From Trichosphaerium sp. ATCC 40318 (Eukaryota > Protista > Tubulinea), in contig JALMLS010000612.1 in assembly GCA_038496445.1 (NCBI GenBank), positions 682,001 through 746,000 of the forward strand: a stretch of DNA of 64,000 nt, in the 5' to 3' direction. The position numbers and the translations under genes are program-made. The stretch's first letter is position 1. Every line of letters starts with the position of its first letter. The notes beneath the pieces were generated by a model, which had not been told where the DNA came from, searched no databases, and saw only the letters and a program-made list of their open reading frames with translations. Of this stretch, positions 40,431-57,045 are shown one piece after another.

Positions 40431-41199
40431 TTACCTTAAATAAAGTAAGCGGAAAAACCCAACATCGAGAGACGTAGAGGAGCGAACAAGGTTCGCCTTC
40501 TTTTACAAAAAAAAAGCCCGTACTGCAGATGTCTTGATGGATAGATGTTTTAGATGTTGTTGTTAAATTACTTAGATGCCTAGAAGGCATGCAACAGGTA
40601 TGAGAGTGTAAAAATATGATAATAATTTGCGTAGTTCTGTTCGTTGAAACACTTTCGCATTTTCTAAAGAATTTCACCACAAAAGATTTTTCCACCCAAA
40701 TTGTGAGAAAAAGTGGCGATTGAATTCAGTTAATATTTCTAGAAAACCTAAGGGTCTTTATTTTTTAGCTGTAGTTGAAGGAGAGATTTGTGACGAACAA
40801 TCGTAAAGAAAAGAACCATAGGAGTATATTTATAGACGTAGCTTTAATCAAAAGGTGCTATCGTCATTGAGCAGATAATAATCGCTACAAGTACGCCAAA
40901 AGCCTATTTTTAAAGAAATGAGATACTTTTATGCTAATTGCCCATGTAAACGAGCCGAAAATAGTACGTACGCAATGTTAAATTGGGTTTTGTTATCTGT
41001 TTGAGGTTCTTGAATACTCCACAAAAAATTTTACTACATCGTTTCGGGTTATGCTTGGAACCCCAACGCACTCTCAAACGGTTCAATACACCTACAAAAT
41101 AATAGAGAATAAAATAGGTAAATTTAATACGCGTAACGCAGTGTTAATAACTAGTTTATTGAATATTCCGTCGTTTTTTTCTGCTATTGAAAAACACCT

Positions 41200-43051
<1,852 letters not shown>

Positions 43052-43335
43052 TTACTACGAAGCTGACAAAAGAGGAGAGTTTGGTCAACGCTAGACACAA
43101 CCCGAATTAGCAAATTATTCTGCGTGTCACCATGTGTCATTGGCACGTTGAGACAATAGTGCTCAGATGTAAGGACCGCTTGTTCGCTAACAACAAACGC
43201 CACTTGGTAATGTGTCAAACGTACGTTACCGTACCAGTAAATAGGATAAAACACTCGTTTATACAACGTGACTCGTTTTATGTAGTTTTTTTCAGTACTT
43301 AACGTGACATTTCTTCCACTCAACAAAGGTGACAC

Positions 43336-46300
43336 ATGAGTAAGAAGAACGGCTATTCAACGCTGGATAATGACCAGGAATCACTGGACGTTGTACAGCC
43401 TGAGGGTAAATCTTCGGTACAACCGTTGCTGTAACTTCGCGAGTAATTTGTATAGATTATAAAGCAGGCTGCAGTGATTATTATAGCGTTAGTTTTCGTC
43501 GTCGCGATGATTATACTGATAGGTAAACAGTAATTTCAGCTACAAACATTAAATAGTATCTAGCTGTATTCGTGGCGCGTAAGTCGACGGGAGTGTACAC
43601 TCCAACAGGGAAATTGCTTGGTTTTGAAGATATTTTTTCTGGTGAGCTCTCAGCACGTTATATAACGACAAAATGGCTTCCAAGTGGTATGTTCGACTTG
43701 AATGACGCTATTGTAACCATTGTAGGCTTGCTGTCAGTGTCAAATGCCACTAGCGGTGAAGTAAGCTCTCTTGACCCACAAACAGGGGAGAAAACGCTTA
43801 TCTTCCAGAAATCAGATATCAAATTGGTACGATCAACCCTCTTTGTAGAGTTCTTTTTTGTACTACAAACCGCTTTGAACTTGCGACAAACATTTCCAAA
43901 AAAATCAAAACAAAATATTTTTTTAATTCACCTTGCGCTCTCTTTCCGATGGTACAAATTCGTTTGGAGTCACGTGATTTGTTTTTTTTATTTTTTTGAT
44001 AAATGTTTGTGGCTGTTTCTATTTTCTTTATTTGTTTTTCGCTTATGCCTGTACAGAATGATGTGCAAGTTGAGTACTTCAATTATTGGTTTTCTTCTGA
44101 TCAATCTCATGTATTATTCGCTTCGGAACGCACCAAGGTACGTAGAGGAATCATATTACGCCATACTTATATCTACTAGATTTGGAGACATTCCTTCTCT
44201 GCTGTCTATGTCGTTTACAACATAGCTTCAAAGCACGTGTTAAATTACAATCTTTTCAATAACTTGCAATTTAGACAAGTCTTCGCTCTTTCAGGCACAG
44301 ATCAGCTATTGAACGCGGTGTGGAGTCCAACAGGCAATAGCATTGTACGAAATTTCATTACAGTACTTATTCAATCAACGTGTTAACGATTGTTTGCAGG
44401 CTTATGTAAAAGACAACAACATTTTGTATCGTCAAATCGATCCTTTATCAGAACCTATTGTTGTTACTACCGACGGTGTACTAAGAGAAATATTCAATGG
44501 TATACAAACATGGGTCTACGAAGAAGATGTAACTGGATCATACAATGCTCTATGGTGGTCTCCAGATAGTACAAAAATCGCATTTTTGAGGTCAAATGAG
44601 ACAGTACGCTCCACAAAGAAATAGAAACTAGCAAACTTAGCTAAAATCATTCGCCATCTTTTTCTGCTTTTAATCGTTTTATAGCTCGTACAACGCATTT
44701 CTATTCCGTACTATGAGGACCCAAATGTCAGTTTGTATCCATCTCAAATTGTTATACCTTACCCAAAGGCTGGTACCCCGAATCCACTCGTTGAAGTAAA
44801 AGTATTTAACCTTCAAGATAATGCAACATCATCTATGGTACAGCCTCATCATCAGCCAATATCACAACGTGACCAATAAATTAACTGTTACTACAGGATA
44901 TTCCTTTTGAAGTGGAGTCTAATCGCTGGGTTTATGCTATAACATGGGTACCTGGATCAATATCTCAGTATCTAGGCATTAGGTGAATAAGAAAAACAAT
45001 GAATGAAAACGTTCATCACCTGAGCTTACCTTGCCCGTTTAGTGTCAAGAATAGAGACCAAAATGAAGAGAGACTTATTATTTCTGATGCTATTTCTGGT
45101 GCCACAGAAAATAACATACTTACTTGGAAAGCAGAAAATGGATGGGCTTTAGGTGTGCGTAACATGCTTTTGTTTTTATTCTTGATGAAATCACGGCTCT
45201 AAAAAAGTGTCAATTAGCAACCACCTCTTTGGATAGATAGTGATAGGTTTATCACTATTGGTAACAATAGTAATCATCTTCATATCGAGCTGTTTAATCG
45301 TACTTCTGGATTTGAAAAATTTTTAACTTCTGGTACGTTTTCTATTTTATCATGCTTTGTTCAAAGCTATTTTATGATCTACTATTAAATACTTTGTGTT
45401 AAAGGTGATTGGGAAGTACGTCAAGTACACAAATACGTCCAGAGTTCAAACGAGGTTTACTATTCAAGTACTCAAGTATCTTCTGTTGAAAACCATGTTT
45501 ACTCTGTAAACGTTGATACACTGGAAGTGAAACGTACCTCAGTTTCAAGTATTCAAGAAAGCGAGCCAGGTACGCGATCAATAACACAAGAAACTTCGTT
45601 TCGATGTTTCTATACTGTATGCATGCTGTAGTTCTTATTTTTTGTTAGCTTATTATAGTGCAAATTTCTCGCCAAAGGATGATTACTTTATACTCACGTA
45701 CACTGGTTTAAAAGTTCCTTTACAAGTTGTCAAGTCTTTTTCTGATGACACTGAATTTATCTTATCTAATAATGCTGAGTTATCAAAAACTCTAAGCGGT
45801 AAGATTACTATTTATTCAAGAAGGTTATTTAATTTTTATCTCAGGTTATGACATGCCAAAGGAAGAAATCACAACTATACATGTAAATGGTAACGACTTA
45901 AATGTTAAGTTCATATACCCACCTGGTACTAAGACAGTTCTTAACTTTATGTTGAAGCACATTTACCTAAAATAAGCCAAACAAATCTCACTGCGTTTTT
46001 TTTTTCTACAAAGTGTTTGACATCCTATTTAGGTTTTGATGATGGTAAAGCCGAATTCTATCCAGTATTACTCTCGCCGTACGTATGAGATTACTGAGTA
46101 TACATTCTAATCCATGAAACGTAAAATAGGTATGGAGGACCAAACTCACAACAAGTAAAATACGGGCTTAGTTATGGATATGATCAATATGTTTCTACTC
46201 ATTTAAATATCGTCGTTGCTGTCATTGATAATGTTGGTACTGCCGCTAAAGGCATACAATTTATGCAAGATACATAGTAAGTACCTAATCTACAAATGAT

Positions 46301-46983
46301 AAGAGAACTAACAGGTTTTTTTCAAGCCTTCAACTTGGTGTAAAAGAAGCTCTTGATCAAATTGAAGCAGCAAAAATATTAGGTCAAAGAAAAGAGATTA
46401 AAGCAGATCGTATTGCGATTAGAGGTTCAAGTTTTGGTGGATTATTAACACTATCTTGTTTGGTTGTACCAGAGGGATCATCAACTTTCAGAGCCGGTGT
46501 ATCAGTAGCGCCAGTAACAGACTGGAGATTTTATGGTGAGAAAGCTGTCAAACTTATTTTTCTTAGTTTTTTCTCTCTTTGTTGTATTGTTTCTATTAAA
46601 CAAATACCGCTAGATACTGCATACACTGAGAGGTTTATGCTCACACCGCAACAAAATCCTGAAGGATATAATGCAAGTTCAATATTAAACAAAGTATCGA
46701 ACATAAAAACAAATCTACTTGTCATTCATGGCACTGCTGATGATAATGTTCATTTCCAAAATTCTGCTGAACTTAATGTACAAATGGTACGCGCTGGTGT
46801 ACAATATGATGTAATGTATTATGCGAACAGAGATCACGCCATTACAGGTGACGGTACGTCTAATTTTTACCCTTAAAAGGAAAGTACAAACAAAACTGAT
46901 TGTTTATGTTTTTTTTAGGCGCTAGAGAACATTACTATACCTACATGACGAGTTATCTTAAAAATAAGCTTGTAGATTCATAA
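43336..46983 (+). CDS. Dipeptidyl peptidase IV family (S9B) type II membrane peptidase
   Basis: N-terminal TM; NGIQTWVYEED, WWSPDSTKIAF, YPKAGTPNP, YGGPNSQ, nucleophile RGSSFGG, APVTDWRFYDTAYTERFM, HGTADDNVHFQNS, DH. Confidence 0.96.
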
Positions 46984-47214
46984 AACAACGTAAAATATGT
47001 ATGGTACCCTCCTTCTTTATTAACTATGTATCAATACAAGAGTTGTTACTTTTTTCGGTTCCTTGACACAAACACGTCTATACAAGCAACACAAAAGCGT
47101 TCTATGTTGTTACGCAATAATACAAGATTAACCAAAACTTCCTGCTACCAGCCTAGTGTCTGTAGTTCAGCAAACAAGCTTAAGAAAGTTAAGCTAACCT
47201 CACTCAATCAAACA

Positions 47215-49358
47215 ATGCCATCTATTTGTACACCTGTAACTCTGACGTTGCTGTTTGCACTTTCTACGTGCCCTGTAGAGTTATCAAGTCTTCCTCCAGT
47301 TGTTCATACATCGAATGGCGATATACAAGGCTACTTTGGTATAATTTTATGTTCCATGCACCAAGCTTAACCCACACTGTAGATACAGTAGAAAAACATC
47401 CATACACGTACTTTTACGGTATTACACGGTACATACTGTGAATAACGTACTAACCCGTTAGGCATACCGTACGCTGTTCCTCCGGTTGGATTAAAGCGAT
47501 TTTCTGTACCAGAGCCTTCTTTACCTTGGTCTGGCACTCTCGAAGCGTCAAAGCACGTGTTCTTTTTTGGAAAATACAGTAACATTGTATGCTAGATACA
47601 AACCTGCTTGCGTCCAACAGCAGCAAACACTAAATAACTTGATTACTTCTGAAGATTGTTTGTATTTGAATGTTTTCAGACCTGTATCTGATGACCAGCA
47701 CCTCCCTGTGTTAGTTTACAGTAAGCCTAACAAAAAAACCCACCAGAATTAATGACACTAAGTTCACGGTGGTGGGTTTGTAAATGGCGCTCCTGTTATG
47801 TACCCTGTTGGACAAATATCAGCAACAACCAATTCTGTCGTGGTGACAGTAGCGTAAGGTAATATTATCGTGACAGAACTTCTAATGATCAAAGATACCG
47901 GCTTGATTTTTTTGGATTTTATTATGCAAGTGATAACAAACAAAACGAAAACGTTGGACTACAAGATCAAGCTCTTGCAATTAAATGGGTTTATGATAAT
48001 ATCAAAGCATTTGGAGGTGATCCTAGTACGCTTACAATATTTGGAGAATCTGCAGGAGGTATGAGTGTCCTTATCCAGAGCGTTCTTCCCAAAGCAATTC
48101 AGAATACGCCAATTCAGTACGTGTGTTTCAACAAAGGTTCACTCACTCGATTAGCGCGATTATTGCTGAGAGCCCTGGGCCTTGGAAGCTTCCTAACACT
48201 ACAATGAATGCCGAAGATGCGATGCGAGTTGGATCAGCTTTGAATTGTCCAAACACCATTCCTTTAACAACGTACGAGCTCCTCTTTCTCAGAATTTACT
48301 CATTTTTAATTATTAGTTGTTTGAGGAACAGATCAAGCGATGATATAGTGAATACGGTTGAGACTCTAAAAGTATGTTTTTTTAGAAACTTGCGGTGCTG
48401 GTGTTAAACTCACGCAGTCATTTCTCATAAGAGTTTTAATATTTTTAGCTCTATACCTTTCCTGTAGCTGGTGGATCAACGCTACCTTCTCAACCACTAG
48501 CCCTTTTTAAAAGTGGTGAATACAACAAAGTACCTATGATAATCGGTACAAATGAGTAAGTACAAACATACATGTTGCCAACACTAAAATTAACTTTTCA
48601 AAGATACGAGGGTAATCTGTTTGTTGTTTTCGCAACTGGTACTACCCCAAGCCAAGGTACTGCCACTTTTAACTTTATATGTAATTAAAGCATTTAATGA
48701 TTATGCCTTCAAGGATTAAATGAGGAAGATTTTCATAAACAAGTGAACATTGATCTAAAACAGTATTCCGAAGGGTTTATTTCAAATGTTACTCAACTGT
48801 AAATCCTTCTTGTCTTTTTTCAAACACCTGTAACTTTTTATACAGCTATGACTCTTACACATCTTCTCATGGATACTGGGAAGGCGCTTCGAAGATATTT
48901 GGAGATATAGCAATATCATGTGGTAGTCATCTTGCTTCTGAAGTCATCTCAAAACAACAAAATTCCCTTTGGAGATACCACTTTACAAGGGTCGCTGAAG
49001 GCCCTAATGCTTATTTAAACGCTACACATATGACTGAATGTATGTTAAATAAGGTTAAAAAGATATAAATTGATGCTAACTTGTTGTAGTATCTTATGTC
49101 TTCCAACACGAACATCTTTTTCTAAATTACACTTTCGATGAAGATGATTACAACTTAGCGTCTGTCATGGTCGAATACTGGAAGAATATGGCTAAAAACG
49201 GTTCTCCTAATAAAGGTGAAATACCTTGGAGTCCTTTTTCCGATGATAGAGAGGTGATCGAATTCGACGTGCCTCTAAAAATGACAAATCTTAAACAAAA
49301 TATTTGGGATTATTGTAATTTCTGGGATACTGTTTTGTCAACTTTAGACTACGAATAA
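47215..49358 (+). CDS. Secreted carboxylesterase type B (cholinesterase-like)
   Basis: Signal peptide; [77 protein letters not shown]. Confidence 0.96.
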
Positions 49359-49530
49359 AATAGAAACATCGGGTTCCCAAGTTACATTGATATTTTGTTT
49401 AAGCTCCATTTCGGGTTTTTATTACAATAAAGTGGGTACACCCACGTAGAAAAACCGTATTTTCACTGATTCTCCGAAAATAATCCGTTTTTACTTAAAA
49501 GTTGTCTACGCGCGCGGTACAACGAGCAAA

Positions 49531-51742
49531 ATGACCGACAGCGCCAATTACTTCGACTTAGCTGCTTCACGAGCTCTACAAGCGTCACCTGTTCCAATTA
49601 ACATCTTGAAAGCTTCAAACTTGCGTAAAGTCGATCTTATTGGTAAATCAGATCCGTTTGTACTTTTGGGAGATCTACAGACGCCACAGGCGAAAACTAA
49701 AGTTGTATTTAAAAACTTAGTGCGTTATCTAGTGCCAACTGGTTAAGAAGTAGCTCTTACAATAATATAGGACCCAGAGTGGCACGAGCAGTTCAATTGG
49801 TACTAGAATTTGGCCTTCACTAGTGTAGCGCGTTCGATTGAGCTCAGCGTTTACGCATGTCGTAGGAAAAGCCATGGGAAGCCGCTAATAGAATTTTGGG
49901 TTTACGACCACAATAAGTTAACAAGGTACGCTCACATCGTGTAGTACTATGTCCACTGTGTCCTTACATTAACTTACTTTTCATTAGCAAAGAATTCCGT
50001 ACGTGCGGAGAAACCCATTGAAAAAAAAAAAACATGTGCCTAACCAAATGGGAGGTAGTTGGCTATGCTGAGCTAGATATTTGGGCTTTAGCACAAAAAC
50101 AAAACGTGCGTAATCTAGCTTTCTTGCTTGTTCACTATTTAATAAATGTCAACAGCAAACAAAGGAGGCCATACTAGAGATGAAGGAACCAGTAAAACAG
50201 GTTTGGGTTTTGATGGTTTTATCGAAATTTTAATAATTTTCGTCGTAGAGAATTGAGCTTACGTTAAAGCCTCACCCAAATAGGCCTAAGAGTAAGACAC
50301 GTGGTACTTTGACTATTGAAATAGAAATACCAAAATATGTACGTACCTCAAGAGTATAAATTTTATAACTAAGACAAAGTGTTCTCCCGTAGCTTCTTAT
50401 TCTCGGTAATAAACAAATTAAAGAAAATCTTGAAGTTTTGAATGGAGGTTTCGGAAAACCGTCTGATCTCTATCTACAAGCGATACGTATTTGGGAAAGA
50501 GTCATAAATAAACCTGAAGACAAAGATACTGCTAGCAACCGAGTTTTGAACTTGGCTGAGATGATGGTCCGTTATTCACTCCACTCCTCCTTTTTTCTTT
50601 AATGGCAACTTTTTTGTCTAAAGTCGGATTATTAGGATATTCTATCTCCACTTATACTGAGATTATTAATCCTCAAAGCGGTAATAACTAGTGAAAACGA
50701 AAATTGTACAAGATTCTCTGAACTACCCTTGTTTATGAAGGCGCTAGAGGTACCGTACATATATTGGAAAAAAAAATTGATTAAAATCTTTTACAAGAGG
50801 GTACATTTTAGCAACGAGAGATTTTTCACTATTAAAGAAAAAACAAGAACAAATACATTCAATCAAGTTGTTGAGAGGTTACAACTTATTGATTCCTCAA
50901 AGTGTGATCCAAGGGACCACTACAAAAGTACGTATAATTTACCTTTTTCATTACATTAACATTTGTTTAAGTTGCTTTCTACTACTTTTCAAGCGGAGAA
51001 AGTACTGTTACTTTTAAGACTATTAGGAGTTTTGTACATTTTGAAGCTAATGAGTTTACACCCGCACTAGGGGGCGCAGTCTCGTACAAAAAAAAACACT
51101 TTAAAAAGAAACTAAAACTAATCACGTGGATTTAGAACAATTTTAAGAAACTCACTGAGAAAAATCAAGGATCCAGCTGATACTAAAGCCATGATTGAGC
51201 GTTGCGCAAATTTTTCTAAGCCCTTAAAAGAAGTATATAGTGTAACTCTAGAGGTATGAAGGACATGTTTCGAAGAGAAGTTATTTTTAAACCATTTAAT
51301 TACTACTTTTTACCAATTTTGTTTGATGTCAGGCAGCCTTTATCCTTAAACTATTGAATTACTTATTAATCACTTATCCTGTGTAGAATAAAGACTATGA
51401 CCTGGAAGATTTCAAAGAATTTTACAACGGTGAAGAACTTGAAAGAGAAAATGCTGAAACTGTTGAAAAGTTTATGAATATTGTAAACGATACCATTACG
51501 CTGTATAACTCTGGTTACAAGTGTGTTCGAAAGAGGAAGATAGTAATTGAACCTTATAAACCACCAGAGAGAAAACCATTAAGATACCAGTATGTGTTTG
51601 ACACCCAAAAATCTAGCAATATCATTGTTTTTTTCAAGTACAAAATCCATTCTCTTATTTTAATTTTAGCCCTGCGTTCATTGACGAAAATACTGGGTCG
51701 ATAGATCTTATACGCCGTCAATCTTATAGGATTGATTATTGA
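49531..51742 (+). CDS. C2-domain protein with helical (possibly TPR-like) C-terminal region
   Basis: INILKASNLRKVDLIGKSDPFV..KTKVVFKNLDPEWHEQF..FWVYDHNKLTSKEFLGYAELD; downstream exons are helical-looking and uncharacterised. Includes an 11-nt micro-exon at 49988-49998. Confidence 0.8.
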
Positions 51743-51847
51743 GGAGCAAGGACGTCAAAAAATAAATGTGTTTGGAAACAAACTAGGCTAGAAAGTTACA
51801 TTTGAAATCAGTTTCTTTTAATGGCCATTTTACATATCGTTTCAGTT

Positions 51848-53183
51848 TTAGACACTGTTATCTCCTTTCTTTCCATTTTTTTTACTAGGTGCACTCCCAG
51901 CGTTTGGTGCGTTCTTATCAAGAGCTTTTTTATAGTCATCCACGGAGAACGCAAAGATACAAACCCCAGCGATGATAGGTAGTTCAAACATTAATAATAA
52001 ATTATCCCATAAGTCAGCCTTAAGTTCAGCTGTAAACAAATCACCGTCTTTGATCACATCAGTATTAACCAGAATGCTGAGAATGGTTACTTGTATATTC
52101 GATAGAAGAATAAGGCTTTGTACAGTCCAAACCTTTGGTCCTATTCTGTAGTCTTTTAGTACATCTACGGTTGCTGTTTTTAGCATCATAAGCCCATAAA
52201 TAGCAATCAATGATGAAACGTTGTTAACAGTTGAGATGTATGTGTTTAGTTGATCAGCGTCTATTGATGCCGGATCAAATGATTCCGAGTTTTCGTCTAG
52301 CAATACTCTCACAAGAGCAGCACAAGGAGCAATGATAGTGAATTGAGATACTAGTAAGTACACTAAACGTGAATGTGTTAGATTGTTGTAACAAACGTTT
52401 GAAGGCAATGAAATGTATCTATACGTACTCCATTTAAGAGATCTTCTAGTGAGGGATTTCTTGGGAAAACAAGAGCAACGGAAACAGCAACATAATGGAG
52501 GAACAGCATAATATCTGTGAATAGATATTTAGTAATTTACATTACAATTGTATCGTACTGTGATGGTTTTAAGCTCGTAATTATATCTGAAGCGCTCTTC
52601 CAACCGCCTAGGGCGTGTACTAAAGAAAGGATATCAGCGTGATAAAGCAAAAAGAGCCTAAAAAACAGGAAGAAAAAAACATGTCAAGTCCTTCTTTACA
52701 ATACATACTTATAGACTCAAAGAACCACCGTATTATAAGAGATTGGAAAGCCATTCGAGCAAGGCTTAATGTAAGCGTTGAGTTAAACAGAAAGATAGAT
52801 AGACACGCCAATATTGTATAAACCTAATTGTAGCAATGTCAAAATGGCGAAACCAACAGGAACTACTTACAGGTATAAAAGTAAATACTTCCAGGTTTAA
52901 CGTCCGTAATGTCGTCCTTTTAGCTTGAAAGTGTTTGTAAGTCACATAGGACCATAGAGTACAGCTGATTATTCCGAGTATAGTCATGGTAGTGATAATG
53001 AAGGCAACCTAAACATTACAATTACTAATTTCTCTGTCTCATATTGACAAATAAAAAAGCACTCAATTATCGGTTCCTTGTGGTACGTACAGACCCTGTA
53101 TTGTCCGATAGGACCTCGTCGAATGTAAGAAATCCATTTGTATCTTCACAAATAGTCTCTGTAATATTAGAAGTGTTGTTCAT
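51848..53183 (-). CDS. Organic solute transporter alpha / TMEM184 family membrane protein
   Basis: Seven-TM-like pattern; Cys-rich loop VPPLCCCFRCSCFP; LVSQFTIIAP, SSLIAIYGL, KVWTVQ, NLLLMFE. Confidence 0.8.
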
Positions 53184-53909
53184 GTCGTGTTTGTTGATAA
53201 ATATTTCTTGATATGTTTTTGGTAGTTTTTTGTGAATTAATAGTTTTCACTGCTAGTATCACACTACAACGTGAGTACAACACGTAATGTAATGGTTTGG
53301 CGAGGGTTTTTAGATCCGGGAAAAAACGTGTTGGTTAAGTACGATAAGTGTGGAAAATAAAAAAGTCCGTTCATTCAGTTAATCGGAAGAACTGTTTTTT
53401 GCTAAGGGAGACTGGATTTGTTGCTCTGAGAATATCTACTAGTGTAAATCCTTTGATTAGCTACGTACGAAACTACTTCGGCTTGTAATGGCCTCGTAAA
53501 CGTTAACAATCTAAAACGGAAAAAATATTTTGGTTTCCTGACAGATTGCATGCAATGTTACAAAAGGTACAGGGAAAGAAATGACTTACAAAAAGGCGAG
53601 TTATTGCTACGTAATGTAGCAAACGACTTGAAATATTTCGTCATGAGAAACGAACTGTGGAGCTAGAGTATCGTATAAAAGTCGGTTGGTAACCATTAAA
53701 CCAAGGTGCTAATGGTCATTTACAGTACACGACATAGCGTTACTGTTGTTACGTCAAAGTCCAAGTCTCAAGCAAGGCCGTTCACAATTATGCCGCTTCA
53801 TAGTCACCTGTAAGAATCATGATATCTCTGACTCTTTACGCATTACAATATACTTGTCTACTGTGATGAATTATTAAAACTCGATTGTGTAAAGTGCTTA
53901 AGTCACTTA

Positions 53910-55386
53910 ATGAACAGAGATACTCGAAGAACGAAATGCACGAGATACATACCAGTAAACATTGTTTTGGCTATTATATTGTTAACGACTATTAGCTTGT
54001 GGTATTCGTCAGCGTGGCTTGTATGATACTGAATTTAATTTATATCATCTGTTTCGTAAACAGTGAGGACGCGAACACGTACTACATCTGTTCAAGCGAC
54101 TGTAAACGCTTATTTATCGAGTAAAGGTCTAATAAGAAGCCAATTGTACGCCTACTACCAGAGGAAGAGTGTACTACCAAGCTAGCGTATTATGAGTCAG
54201 GTACCATAATCATTACCTTTTTTAAGAAATCCAGATCAGAGTCAATCTGTCACGTGACCGAACAGTCAACAAAAATCACGAGATAATTTTTTTTTCATTA
54301 TTAGGCGTACGAAACATTTATACTTTACCTTGGCATCAAGAACTTGATATGTTTATAACAATGATAAAATGTAATGTTCCTTTTGCTTATCTGAGGTTTG
54401 GTGACGGAGAAAAACACCTTATTGAAGGTAAACCGTTTAAGCCACACCCTATTGATAAATGGGATACAGCTACCAATGATCCTAAACTCGGAGCAAGCTT
54501 GATGGAAGCTCTAAAGTTCGTTTTTAAAGCTTTTAAAAAGCCTCACTTGCTAACTCTCTACCAAGGTATGCTGATAAGGACTATTATATCGGACTTGGGT
54601 TCTACAAACACTTTTATACGAAATACGTCACACAGGATATGCGTTTTATAACAGAAGCACGTCTATTTACTGGACAGTATAAAGTCTTAAAAACAGAATT
54701 GCAGACAATTTTATACTCTCCTTTACCAAAGGTACTGTCCCTTTGCGTCCTCTAATGTAATTGATTAACTGATATACACGAAGGTTCTCATTGCTAACCA
54801 TGGTATTGATAAAGAGAGAGTAGACAAATGGAACAATTTATCATTAAAGTTTTTGTTGCAAGATAATGCACCGGTTTACTGGCAAGATAAAGGTGATGAG
54901 CTTATATCCTCATTAATATCAAAAACAAAGAATGTGGAACACCACATATTCTTGGTTTCTGTAGGTAAGGCTACCGCTAGCACATCCACCACAAAAAACC
55001 AAAAATAGTTTAACAATCTGTTGTTTTACAGGACCAATGTCAGAGCCAATCATACATGCGTTGTGGAGGAGCAATCGAAATAATGCTTATATAGACTTTG
55101 GGTAGATTTTTATTCCATAAATAAAACAAAACGAGAGATAACTTTTTTACGTAGGTCAGCTCTTGATGAAGAAACAAAAGGTTAGAAACTTCACTTTTCA
55201 AAATTGAAAAATGTGGCAATTGTTGACATTTTGTTTAAAGGGTATCCTACACGTCTATATCATAAAGAAAACTTTCCGCCAAGCGATTGGTTAACATGCC
55301 CTAGATGGGGTGTGTTTACATATGATGGAGGTGCTCTTGTAAAAGCACATCCTGAAGACGTTAAAAACAATCAATGTACAATGTAA
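53910..55386 (+). CDS. Type II membrane GT-D-fold (DUF1792-like) putative glycosyltransferase
   Basis: Signal anchor NIVLAIILLTTISLWY; PFAYLRFGDGEKHLIEG; FLVSVGPMSEPIIHALW..AYIDFGSALD..TRLYH. Confidence 0.7.
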
Positions 55387-55635
55387 ATCACAAACAAAAT
55401 AACTTTTGCTCTCAACTTGTAACGCTTCTGGAGTAATTGATAACATCTCTAAGCAACGTGACATTCAAACCGAGAATAAAATTCAATAAAAAAAAAACCA
55501 AAGAAAAACTTGGAAAGAAATTTTGTCGCTATTAAACGTCATGATGCACACTGTTGGTGATTTTAACAAGCTGGTGTGTTTGACAGTACTTCCAATTGGT
55601 CTAAAAAGAAACGAAGAGACCATAGAAAGCAATTC

Positions 55636-55729
55636 TGCGGAAAGTGCGGAAAGATGACTTTTTTTGCGGAAATTTCGCTATTTTTCGTACTTTTTCCACG
55701 GGAAGTTAGATTTTGGCGGAGCGGAAAAA
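55636..55729 (+). promoter_or_regulatory. Cluster of four GCGGAAA motifs upstream of the SDR gene
   Basis: GCGGAAA at 55637, 55646, 55666 and 55721 in an AT-rich intergenic region ~80-170 nt before the ATG at 55805. Confidence 0.45.
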
Positions 55730-55804
55730 TGTCTTGCTTAAGTACTTTAAGAATCATTATCAAGTAGATAACATACAACAAACAACTCAAGACAATCAAT
55801 AAAA

Positions 55805-57045
55805 ATGCTCACTGGTAAAGTTATAACGGTATGAAATCTACCTTTTTGAGAATTCTTGGCACTCATTCACTTCAAACTTGTTTCGTTTCTTATTTTTTTA
55901 GGTTACTGGCGCAACTTCTGGTATTGGTAGAGATACAGCAATTAAATGTGCCGCTGAAGGTAAGGCTGAAAAGCGTTTTTATTCTTTTTGACATTAGCAA
56001 AGGTGCAAAAGTGTCTTTATGTGGACGACGTAAGGAACGTGGTGCTGAAGTCGTAGCTCAGATTGAAAAAAGCGGTGGTATTGCCATTTTCACAGTATGT
56101 GATATTTCAAAGGAACAAGGTACGTGGAGACTTATAGGAACAACTTATGAAACAATTAATCTAATTTATAGATGTCAAAAACTTTATTGCTAAGACTGTT
56201 GAAAAGTTTGGTAGAATAGACGGTGCTGTATGTCCTAATGTTCAATGTATTGTATCTTACGAGTATACTTTAGTTTAACAACGCTGGTATTCTTGGAGAA
56301 ATGCAAACAATTGAAAACGTAACTGAAGAGCAGCTTGATGTATGTTCTTGATAAAAAAACTACTTTTGTATTGTTTTCTTTCATACACTTTGTGTTCATT
56401 ATTATGATTAGAGGATCTATTCAGTAAACATCAAGGGCGCTGTCTGGTGTAATAAACATCAAGTTATTCAAATGAAGAAACAACAACCTCAAGGAGGTAG
56501 CATTGTAAACAACAGCTCATGCACAGTAACAATGGTACATTCACGGGATTTTTTCACGGCATCCCACATATGCTACGATAGTCCCATGTAAGTTGTATTT
56601 CTTGGTTTCTTACCGTCAATTAGGCATACCCTGCGTTCTCTTCGTATGTATCCAGTAAAGCTGCTGTCGATTCTATGACAAGGGTGAGTTGTTTTGTAAC
56701 TATTTGATTGGTTGTACTAATGTTCTATTCTTAGTGCGTTGCAAAAGAAACAGCTGAATCTGGTATTCGTGTAAACTCAATTCGTACTGGACCTATTAAA
56801 ACCGAGATATTTGGAGATATGCCCGAAGCAGGATTTGATGTAATAGCGTACGTGTTCGAGTGAACCAAATACCAACTCTCTTTTTATTAACTTTGTTCGT
56901 ACTTAGTTCAAAGACAATGACCAAGAGACTTGGTAAAACTGATGAAATTGCTCAGATGGCTATTTTCCTCATGTCTGATAAGAGTAAAAACATAACAGCA
57001 GCTCATTTCAATGTTGACGGTGGCATGGGTCTTTCACATGCTTAA
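55805..57045 (+). CDS. Classical short-chain dehydrogenase/reductase (SDR)
   Basis: VTGATSGIG, CDIS, FGRIDGAFNNAG, GSIVNNSS, YVSSK, GIRVNSI..GPIKT, FNVDGG. Confidence 0.96.

Noticed and set aside
53184-53909. Structured ncRNA in the long divergent intergenic region
   Set aside because: Only short imperfect complementarity; no tRNA, snRNA or snoRNA signature that I can support.
54021-54137. Apparent in-frame TGA micro-exon (possible selenocysteine) in the GT-D gene
   Set aside because: A single 117-nt GT-AG intron (54021-54137) removes it and gives an open frame.
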